From contig OY762209.1 in NCBI GenBank assembly GCA_963665295.1, positions 2,144,001 to 2,208,000 of the forward strand: DNA of 64,000 bases. The letters run 5' to 3'. Below are positions 10,106 through 18,063 of this stretch, piece by piece. Made by a program: the position numbers and the translations under genes. The stretch is from Syntrophorhabdaceae bacterium. Lineage in GTDB: Bacteria > Desulfobacterota > Syntrophorhabdia > Syntrophorhabdales > Syntrophorhabdaceae. Below the pieces are notes generated by a model, which searched no databases, was not told the origin of the DNA, and saw only the letters and a list, made by a program, of their open reading frames with translations. Position 1 is the first letter of the stretch; each line of letters opens with the position of its first letter.

Positions 10106-10714
10106 TCAGTCGAGCAGGATATCTTCGAGGGCGTATCTCTTGCGGGGCTCCGGAGATTCATCGGGATACCCCACGGGGAGGAGGGCCACCACGTAAATCA
10201 TATCATCCCAGCCGAAGATGTCCTTCACCTTCTGCCCGTCCACCAACCGTATCCAGCATGTGCCGAGGCCGAAATCCAACGCCCGGAGCACCATGTGCTC
10301 CACCGCGATGGCCACGTTCAGGGCGAGGGCGGGACCAAGCTGCTCTATCCCCACGTTCTTCAGTTCATCGGCCCTTTTCAGAATTATCTCTACGATACGG
10401 TCCTCGATGGCGCCGATCCTTCCAAGGTCCTGCGTCCCTGAAACGGTACCGTTGAGATAGCCCCTGATATCGGCACAGCAGACAAGCACCACGGGGGCGC
10501 CCGCGATAAACGACTGGCCGTATGCCGCATGGGCGAGCCTTTCCCGCGTCTCCATGTCTTTCACGATCTTAAAACGCCAGGGCTGGGCATTGCAGCCCGA
10601 CGGCGCGAGGCGGGCGGCGTCGAGCAATGCCGCGACATGTTCGTCGGGAACAGGGTCCGGTTTGAACTTTCTGATGCTGCGCCTTGCTTCTATCGCATCC
10701 TTGACGGTAAACAT
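10106..10714 (-). CDS. Nitroreductase family protein
   Basis: RRSIRKF, APSGCNAQPWRF, GLGTCWI and VGYP motifs. Likely start MFTVKDAI at 10714. Confidence 0.92.
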   Translation of the reverse strand: MFTVKDAIEARRSIRKFKPDPVPDEHVAALLDAARLAPSGCNAQPWRFKIVKDMETRERLAHAAYGQSFIAGAPVVLVCCADIRGYLNGTVSGTQDLGRIGAIEDRIVEIILKRADELKNVGIEQLGPALALNVAIAVEHMVLRALDFGLGTCWIRLVDGQKVKDIFGWDDMIYVVALLPVGYPDESPEPRKRYALEDILLD

Positions 10715-10945
10715 TATTATCTCATATCCCTTCCCCCTCCAATGAGAGGGGCCTTTGTCGCCGTGCCCGCCGTCGAAGAGGCGGGACTCCGCCGCGAAGG
10801 CCGTCACCACATGGTCTTGACGAATTTCACCATAATAAGAATAATAAGGAAAAGCAGATAGATCTGGAGAAAGAAGAGGGCAATCTTGGTCATCCGTGTC
10901 GTCTTAATTCGCGGCATACTTCACCTCACCTTCGGGCAACGACCT

Positions 10946-12217
10946 TTAGCCGAGGCCGTGCATGATATCGCTGTGGTGGATAACCCCGAGCAGATGATCC
11001 TCGGTGTCGACCACCGGTATGGTCCGGTAATGATACTTGTCAAACAACTCGATAAGGTCCTCCCTTGTGTCGTCCTCTTCGGCCGACACTACAGAGGGGG
11101 CCATCAGTTCGTCCAGGGAAACATGGTCTTCCGCGAGGACCAGATCGCGGAGGTCTACTACGCCGATCAGGATGTTTTGTTCCCCCACCACATAGATGTA
11201 GGAGATCGCTTTCGACTCGGGATGGAGATTGCGGATATGCAACACCGCCTCTCCCACCGTGATTTCCTTAGGGAATGTCACATAGTCGCCGGACATGAGT
11301 TCCGTGGTGGTTACCTCGCGTTCGGACAGTATCCTCTCCAGCCTTAGCGCCCGGTCTCCCGGGAGAAGGTCGAGGAGTTTCTCCCTCTCTTCGAGAGGCA
11401 GTACGGAAAGCAGGTCCGACAACTGAGGTACGGAAAGTTCCGACATAATGGTTTGGGCCCGTTCCCTTCGGAGGTTGGCCACAAGTTGCCGTTTGGCCCG
11501 GGGCTCCGCATGGGCGAGAGTTTCCGCCGCTTTTTCGGAATCCAGGGCGGAAAAGAAGGCCTCCTGCTGGTCTCCCGAAAGCATTTCGAGGACGTCCGCC
11601 AGGTCTTCGCCGGGCATTTCCAGGGCTTGGTCCCTCTTGACCGAGAGGGTTACCACGTCGGTAGTGGTAACGTCTTCCACGGAAAAAGGCTGGACGAACT
11701 TCCAGGGTATCAGCCGGTCCTTCATCCACCGGATCCTTCCGAGTCCCCATTTTCTCATGAACCCGTTAAACGAAACATCCACATGGACGATGATCATGCG
11801 ACCCTTGGAAAAGAGAAGATGCACGTCATTCACCACTTCCACCTTCCGTCCATCCGTATCGAGGATCGTCCGTCCCATGAGATGCTGATCGAGAAGCACC
11901 CATTCCGGCTGGTCCACAAACGGGGGGTATGTGTCGCCCCCTGCGGGCGGCTTCACCACGATCTTGTCCCGGTCGATTCTCACGACTTTGTCCCAGGGCA
12001 CGAACTCGGTGGGTTTTCCCCATCCGTGTTCAAGATAGATGCCCACTGCCTGGGGATGGGGCTCTGTAAGGTGAAACACGAGGTCCGAGAGTTTTTCGAG
12101 TCGTTTCCCCGTCTCGCCGACGTTGACAGGTCGTCCCAGAAGCTCTGAAAACCAGAGAAACTCGAAGTCCTGCAACTGAGCGGCGGACTTTCCATTGGCA
12201 GTTTGTGAAGTATTCAT
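10946..12217 (-). CDS. Soluble MgtE-related protein (PRC-barrel-like domains, MgtE N-terminal domain, CBS pair; no membrane domain)
   Basis: Two PRC-like segments, the helical DLADVLE..EKAAETL region, and CBS motifs YIYVV..LIGVVDLRDL and IPVVD..LLGVI. Confidence 0.85.
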   Translation of the reverse strand: MNTSQTANGKSAAQLQDFEFLWFSELLGRPVNVGETGKRLEKLSDLVFHLTEPHPQAVGIYLEHGWGKPTEFVPWDKVVRIDRDKIVVKPPAGGDTYPPFVDQPEWVLLDQHLMGRTILDTDGRKVEVVNDVHLLFSKGRMIIVHVDVSFNGFMRKWGLGRIRWMKDRLIPWKFVQPFSVEDVTTTDVVTLSVKRDQALEMPGEDLADVLEMLSGDQQEAFFSALDSEKAAETLAHAEPRAKRQLVANLRRERAQTIMSELSVPQLSDLLSVLPLEEREKLLDLLPGDRALRLERILSEREVTTTELMSGDYVTFPKEITVGEAVLHIRNLHPESKAISYIYVVGEQNILIGVVDLRDLVLAEDHVSLDELMAPSVVSAEEDDTREDLIELFDKYHYRTIPVVDTEDHLLGVIHHSDIMHGLG

Positions 12218-12227
12218 TGATATCCTC

Positions 12228-13544
12228 CTAACCTTGCCCGAAAAGTCCGGGGAAAAGAACCGAAATGCCGAACACGGAAGACATGACGATCACAAAAAGG
12301 GTGATAGTCCAGTTCGCGATATTTTGCCATAATGTATTCTTGTGTTCGCCCATCAACTGCTCGTCATTGAGAAGCAGAATAAGGAACATGAGCGCCGCCG
12401 GCAGCAAGGTTACCGCGACGACCTGAACGAACATGGTGATTGTAATGAGCGGGGCCCCCGGAATAAGTACGACCGCACCCGATGTCGCGAGGCCGAGAAG
12501 ATAGATAACGTAGAACCATGGAGCGTCTTTCACGCCCTTATTGAGCGAATGGGCCCAGCCGAACACCTCGCCCACGGCCCAGGAAGTGGAAAGGGATATA
12601 CAGAGCGCCCCGAGGAACCCTGCGTCGAAGAGGCCGATGGCAAAAAGAGCCCTTGCCCATGCGCCCTTGCCGAGGGGCAGGAGGGGCACGATGGCATCGG
12701 CGGTCTGTCTCGCATCTTCCACCAGGATAGGGGGATGATGGTAGAAGAAAGCAGCGCCCGTGGTGATGATAATAAATACCGCCACAAGGCAGGTGAAAAA
12801 GGCGCCCGCAAAGGTATCGATCTTGCCGTATTTGATATCCTTGATATCAATGCCTTTGTCCACGACCGCACTTTGCTGGAAGAATATCTGCCACGGCGTG
12901 ATCGTGGTCCCGATGTTGGCCATAATGATGAAGATGAGGTCGGAAGTAAGCCCCTGGGGGAAAGTGGGGCAATAAAAGCCCTTGAATACCTCTCCCCACG
13001 CCGGCGCGCTCCCGGTTTTCATCGCCCAGAACGCTGCGGGAATATAGACAAAGTTGAAGCCGCAGAACAACAGAGTGATCTTCTCAAACGTCCAGTATTT
13101 GCCTGAAAGTACCACTGCCATCAGGATGAGGGTTACCGCCACAAAAGTTATAAGGGGAGGTATCCCGAAGATGCTCATGGCAGCGGTCATGCCTATATAC
13201 TCCGTCACAAGGGTCAGCCAGTTTACGATGGCCAAATCTATGAGGGAGAACCAGCCCCAGAGAGGCCCGAAGCCGTCGAAGATGGCCTCGGCATGGCCCC
13301 GCTTCGTGACGGCGCCGAGCCTGACGGTCATCTCCTGGATGTAATAGGCCATGGGAACAAGTATGTAAAAGGCCCAGAGGAGATTGAACCCGTATTTTGC
13401 CCCTGTGACCGAGTAGGTCGAAATGCCCCCCGCGTCGTTGTCCGCTATCATGGTGATGATGCCGGGACCCAGAATGGTCAAAAAAAGTATCAACCGGGTA
13501 CGGAACCGTCCCAGGCGATGTATGGTTTTGCTGATCCAATACAT
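12228..13544 (-). CDS. NRAMP-family divalent metal transporter, Mg2+-type (NRMT-like)
   Basis: GPGIITMIADNDAGG (not DPGN), QEMTVRLG and GTTITPWQIFFQQS motifs; polytopic membrane protein. Confidence 0.9.
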   Translation of the reverse strand: MYWISKTIHRLGRFRTRLILFLTILGPGIITMIADNDAGGISTYSVTGAKYGFNLLWAFYILVPMAYYIQEMTVRLGAVTKRGHAEAIFDGFGPLWGWFSLIDLAIVNWLTLVTEYIGMTAAMSIFGIPPLITFVAVTLILMAVVLSGKYWTFEKITLLFCGFNFVYIPAAFWAMKTGSAPAWGEVFKGFYCPTFPQGLTSDLIFIIMANIGTTITPWQIFFQQSAVVDKGIDIKDIKYGKIDTFAGAFFTCLVAVFIIITTGAAFFYHHPPILVEDARQTADAIVPLLPLGKGAWARALFAIGLFDAGFLGALCISLSTSWAVGEVFGWAHSLNKGVKDAPWFYVIYLLGLATSGAVVLIPGAPLITITMFVQVVAVTLLPAALMFLILLLNDEQLMGEHKNTLWQNIANWTITLFVIVMSSVFGISVLFPGLFGQG

Positions 13545-13666
13545 AAACTGTTCCCCTTGAAGATTCAGTCAGCTGCTGTTATGCGTTTTTTAGGTTGAAG
13601 CAATTTGTGTGGCCTGATCCGCTCCAAGGCATCGTGCCCGGTGCAGGAAGAGGCCGGTATGGTGAG

Positions 13667-13747
13667 TTATAGAGGCCGTGCGTCCTGGAGCGGGGGCGAT
13701 TCGCTGCTCAGTTCAAACCACTGGTGACCGCTAGGGTCGTCATCCAT
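13667..13747 (-). CDS. Putative leader peptide (uORF) MDDDPSGHQWFELSSESPPLQDARPL
   Basis: Hand-translated; ATG to TAA; preceded by AAAGAGGTGG; lies between the promoter and the transporter gene. Confidence 0.55.
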   Translation of the reverse strand: MDDDPSGHQWFELSSESPPLQDARPL

Positions 13748-13789
13748 GATCCTGTCCACCTCTTTTCTTAGTAAGATACCAACGAACTG

Positions 13790-13818
13790 ATTTTAAGACT
13801 ATGGGGCCATACTGTCAA
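13790..13818 (-). promoter_or_regulatory. Sigma70 promoter for the Mg-transporter operon
   Basis: TTGACA-17 nt-TAAAAT on the minus strand. Confidence 0.8.
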
Positions 13819-13889
13819 GTGAAAAATGCCCGTACCCCGTAGGGCCTTGATCCATAAGGAAGGGCTGCGGTGACCGCGCCTGCCGGACC

Positions 13890-14345
13890 TTACTTCCTGT
13901 TCGCCAGGGCTGCCCTCAACTCATAGATCTTATTCATTAACGTGGCGGGAGAAGTGACCAGTTTGAACTGTTTCCTGGTCCCGTCCTTACATATGAGGCG
14001 CACCTTGCCGAAATCGAGGAGCTTGCCCAGGGCTGGCTGATACACATCGACGGTCCCCACGATATCGAGGGGGATGGTGATGGTCTTGCGCCACGGAAAT
14101 CCCGGATATACAAGGAAGGCATCATCCGTGAGCCGGAACTCCGATGTCTGGAAGTTGAGCCACGAAACGACAATCCACGCGACGGACAGAAGGACGAGCG
14201 CCCATGCCTGAGCCCCCTTGGAAGGGGTTTCAAGCCCTGCGAAGAGGAGGAGCAGAAATGGAGGGAGCACTACCGCCCAGTGGCGTTTCGTGATATAGGC
14301 GGCATCGCCGCCGGCAATACCCATGTGTCCTGTATCGGGGTCCAT
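13890..14345 (-). CDS. Small membrane protein with bacterial PH-like domain
   Basis: RHW motif, two transmembrane segments, then SEFRLT and GKLLDFGKV. Confidence 0.7.
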   Translation of the reverse strand: MDPDTGHMGIAGGDAAYITKRHWAVVLPPFLLLLFAGLETPSKGAQAWALVLLSVAWIVVSWLNFQTSEFRLTDDAFLVYPGFPWRKTITIPLDIVGTVDVYQPALGKLLDFGKVRLICKDGTRKQFKLVTSPATLMNKIYELRAALANRK

Positions 14346-14429
14346 TGCGCCATCGTATCAGATGGACCACCCATTGTCAAGCGTCGGGAATCGGAAGGGC
14401 GGCGGGGGGACCATTTTCTCAATAAAGGA

Positions 14430-14855
14430 TCATTTAAGGGATATCCCCGGTATTTCACAGGATAGGTGCATAAGAAAGGACGTGGCTTCCCCGAGGGCCA
14501 TGGCCCGCGCGTCCTCTTCAGGCCCATGAACCTTCACTATCAGCCTGAAGCGACTCGCCGGGTCGGGACTGTCCATATTCTCCACCACCGCGCTCAGGTT
14601 GATCGTGCCATGCTCCGGCGGCACGGCCCGGGCATAATCCGCGTACATGGTTCCATAGAGACCGCACCTCCTTTCTCCTACAGGGTAGTACCCGCGACTC
14701 CTGAACATCTGGTCCAGGTCGTCCAGCAGCTCGCGGGCAGGCCCGGACGTGCTTCCCTCAAGAGCCAGGTTGTGACAGGTGGAGCTGCATCCGGCCGAAA
14801 TGAGTAAGGCCGGGAGGGAAATGCATAGTATGACGACCATAATGACGCGCCCCAT
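14430..14855 (-). CDS. Hypothetical lipoprotein
   Basis: Hydrophobic signal ending ISAGC; GGAGG RBS before the ATG at 14855. Confidence 0.6.
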   Translation of the reverse strand: MGRVIMVVILCISLPALLISAGCSSTCHNLALEGSTSGPARELLDDLDQMFRSRGYYPVGERRCGLYGTMYADYARAVPPEHGTINLSAVVENMDSPDPASRFRLIVKVHGPEEDARAMALGEATSFLMHLSCEIPGISLK

Positions 14856-15130
14856 AAGACCTCCCCTTCCCTCAATCCCCCCGGTTGAGGCCTCAAGGCT
14901 TCCCTCCCGCATGACCGGTCTCCCGACCTTATCATTCCGATCCATAATATGGGAGTGTATCACCGGACGGTCGCAAAATATGTCGTCGGACCGTGACACT
15001 CCTCGTGGCGGGATATTGAAATTGAGGGACTTCTCAATTAAGAAACGAACGACACGAATATCATTCTTTCACGACAGACGCGGCCCCACCCCTTCCGGTA
15101 TAATGGCAGTCAAAGACATTAAGGGTCAAG

Positions 15131-16156
15131 GTGGCTGAAATGGACAAACCGTTGGGGCGCATCCTGTGCGTAGACGATGAAATCAATGTTCTCAGGTCCC
15201 TGCAAAGGGTCTTCGAGGATACTCCCTATGAGGTCGATCTTGCGGGTTCGGGAAGGGAGGGGCTCCGCATAATGGAGGAGGCCCCGGTGTGTCTCGTTCT
15301 TGCGGACTACAGGATGCCGGAGATGAACGGGATCGAGTTCCTCCGGGAGGTGTATCGCCTGTGGCCCTCCACGACAAGGATGATTCTCTCGGGCTACGCC
15401 GATGCCCCTGTCCTTCTTTCCGCCATAAATGAAGGGCACGTGTACCGGTTTCTCACCAAGCCGTGGGACAACGATGAGCTTCGGTTCACCGTGGCGAACG
15501 CCATGGAACGATACGTGCTTACGGGAGACGAGGACAGGGCCGGGGATGGCGGGCATCAACCGGACCAAACCTTGGACAGGCTTAAGAAGGCTACCGGCGG
15601 GATCGTGCAGGCCATGGTGTATATCCTCGAACGAAGGGACCCTTACACTGCGGCCCATCAAAGGAAGGTTTCCGCCCTTGCCCGTTCCATTGCGTCCGAG
15701 ATGGGGGTATTACAGGAGGTTGTCGATGGGATCGCGATGGCCGGGGCGATACACGATATCGGGAAGATAGCCATCCCCGCGGAGATCCTCTGCAAGCCCG
15801 GGAAACTCAGCTCCGACGAGTCGAAACTGATCAGGATGCATCCCGAGGCCAGCTTCGATATACTGAAGAACATAGACTTTCCCGTGCCTGTTGCCCGGAT
15901 GGCCCTCCAGCACCATGAGCGCATGGACGGCTCCGGGTATCCCCATGCCCTGAAAGGGGACGGAATTCTCCCTGAAGCCAGGATCCTTGCAATTGCGGAC
16001 GTGGTGGAAGCCATTACGTCCCATCGACCTTACCGGCCCGCTCTCGGCATGGATCGGGCTATCGAGGAACTCACGCTGAACAAGGGCACCCTCTATGATG
16101 AGGAAGCGGCCGACGCGTGCCTCAAGCTGATCGCGAGGAGGGAACAGGTTTCATGA
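15131..16156 (+). CDS. REC-HD-GYP phosphodiesterase response regulator
   Basis: ILCVDDE and DYRMP receiver; RDPYTAAH, HDIGK, HHERMDGSGYP and HRPYR motifs. Confidence 0.92.
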   Translation: MAEMDKPLGRILCVDDEINVLRSLQRVFEDTPYEVDLAGSGREGLRIMEEAPVCLVLADYRMPEMNGIEFLREVYRLWPSTTRMILSGYADAPVLLSAINEGHVYRFLTKPWDNDELRFTVANAMERYVLTGDEDRAGDGGHQPDQTLDRLKKATGGIVQAMVYILERRDPYTAAHQRKVSALARSIASEMGVLQEVVDGIAMAGAIHDIGKIAIPAEILCKPGKLSSDESKLIRMHPEASFDILKNIDFPVPVARMALQHHERMDGSGYPHALKGDGILPEARILAIADVVEAITSHRPYRPALGMDRAIEELTLNKGTLYDEEAADACLKLIARREQVS

Positions 16157-16231
16157 GGAGAACGGGCCGGGAAGGTCCGCGACCGATCAAGCCCGGCGCG
16201 ATTCCCGGGACGTGAATGAAGGGGCCGGATA

Positions 16232-16885
16232 TTAATCGGGAGACACGAGGCCCTTGTTTATGGCGAACTTGATGAGACCCGACAGGTCCTCGATCCCCAG
16301 TTTTCTCATGATGCGAAAACGGTAGGTCCCTACCGTGCTCTGGGAAAGAAAAAGGGTTTCGGCAATGGAGGTGTTCGACTTTCCTTCCGCGAGAAGCTGG
16401 AGGATTTCACGTTCCCTCCGGCTTAACCGGGCAAGTTCGTCGTGCTGTTCCCCTGTTTCACGGTATTTCATGTAATCGTCGATGACCATGGTGGAGATAC
16501 TCTCGCAAAGATAACGTTTTCCGCCGTGGACCGCTCTTATGGCCTTGATGATCTCTTCCCCCGTCATCTCTTTCAGCACGTAGCCCCTGGCCCCTGCCTT
16601 CAGCGCGCGGAATACATGTTCGTTTGTGGTATGCATGGAGAGGATGATCACTTTTGCCGAGGGGCATCGCTGTGAGAGTTCCCCGGTTGCCTCAAGGCCG
16701 TTCATTTCAGGCATAAAGACATCCATGAGCACCACGTCGGGTTGAAGCCTGACAACCTCTCTCACTGCGGCCCTTCCGTTCGACGCCTCGCCGATTACCT
16801 TGATGTCGGGTTTTGCCTCGATGAGGAGTTTGAGCCCCTCCCGGAACATGGTGTGGTCGTCTGCCAAAAAGACGGTGATGTTCAA
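16232..16885 (-). CDS. NarL/LuxR-family response regulator
   Basis: TTG start overlaps the upstream stop. VFLADDH receiver and LSRREREILQLLAEG HTH. The longer 374-aa ORF N-terminus is spurious overlap. Confidence 0.92.
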   Translation of the reverse strand: MNITVFLADDHTMFREGLKLLIEAKPDIKVIGEASNGRAAVREVVRLQPDVVLMDVFMPEMNGLEATGELSQRCPSAKVIILSMHTTNEHVFRALKAGARGYVLKEMTGEEIIKAIRAVHGGKRYLCESISTMVIDDYMKYRETGEQHDELARLSRREREILQLLAEGKSNTSIAETLFLSQSTVGTYRFRIMRKLGIEDLSGLIKFAINKGLVSPD

Positions 16886-18063
16886 ATCTGCACCTCCGCA
16901 ATAACCTCCGTTCCTGACCCCGGTTTCGATCGGGTGCGGCATTTCCCCCCGACGGCCACGGCCCGTTCGCTCATGGTGAGCAGTCCGAGACCACGGGGTG
17001 CCCGGGTGTCTGCTTCGTGCCCTGTCCTGTAACCTATACCATTGTCGGCGACGGAAAGGAAGAGCCTTCTTTCTTTGAGAGAAACCGTGATCACCACCTT
17101 TGTTGCCCGGGCGTGTTTTGACACGTTCGTGAGCGCTTCCAGGGCAATCCGGTAGAACGCGGTTTCGATATGATCCGGGGGGCGGGGGGTTATGTCGTCG
17201 CCCTCCACGAAGACATTGATCCCGGTCCTCAACGCATACTGTTGAGCATACCACTGGAGGGCCACCATGAGGCCGTAGTCTTCCAGCACGGGCGCCCGAA
17301 GGTCCGTGAGGAGATCCCGCATGGCCTTGGAAGTTTCCTTGATGATCTTCAGACAATCATCTATGTGGGCCCGCGCCGGGGGAACGCGCGTCTCCGGCAC
17401 CAGTTGCTTGACGATGTTGAGAATGAGGCCGACTGTGTTCAGGTTCTGTCCGATCCGGTCGTGGAGTTCCCGGGATATGGTACGCCTTTCCGTTTCTTCG
17501 GCTTCCGCGAGGCGCGCCATGACGGAACGGAACTCGTCGTTCACCTTTTCCAACTGTCCTGTTCTCTCCCTCACGATCTCTTCAAGGTGTGAAAGGTGGT
17601 CCTTAAGGGCCTGCTCCGCGAGGTTTTTCTGTTCCACCAGGTTGTAACGCTCAAGGGCGTTGGAGACGGTCACCCTCAGTTCGTCGTTGTTCCATGGTTT
17701 CAGGATGAACCGGTAGACCATGCCTTCGTTGATGGCGGAGATGAGAGCGGACGTGTCCGCGTGCCCTGAAAGGACCATCCTCACGGTATGGGGCCAGCCC
17801 AGAAAGACTTCCTTGAGAAATTCGACGCCATTCATGGACGGCATTTTGTAGTCCGTGATCACTACCTGGACAGGGGAGACGCGCCTTAAGATATCAAGGC
17901 CTTCAGGACCGGAACCGGCGGTAAGGATTTCATACTCCCGGTCTTCGAAAACCCTTGAAAGGGATTTGAGCACGTTTCGCTCGTCGTCCACGCAGAGAAT
18001 GCGTTGAGGGACCGCGTGAAGGGTGGTCCCGTTGAGCGGGGCGCCATGGTTTGTTTTTTTCAA
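16882..18063 (-). CDS. REC plus HisKA_3 histidine kinase
   Basis: N-terminal receiver; ERRTISRELHDRIGQ, EALTNVSKHA, DNGIG and GLGL motifs. Confidence 0.92.
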   Translation of the reverse strand: MKKTNHGAPLNGTTLHAVPQRILCVDDERNVLKSLSRVFEDREYEILTAGSGPEGLDILRRVSPVQVVITDYKMPSMNGVEFLKEVFLGWPHTVRMVLSGHADTSALISAINEGMVYRFILKPWNNDELRVTVSNALERYNLVEQKNLAEQALKDHLSHLEEIVRERTGQLEKVNDEFRSVMARLAEAEETERRTISRELHDRIGQNLNTVGLILNIVKQLVPETRVPPARAHIDDCLKIIKETSKAMRDLLTDLRAPVLEDYGLMVALQWYAQQYALRTGINVFVEGDDITPRPPDHIETAFYRIALEALTNVSKHARATKVVITVSLKERRLFLSVADNGIGYRTGHEADTRAPRGLGLLTMSERAVAVGGKCRTRSKPGSGTEVIAEVQI

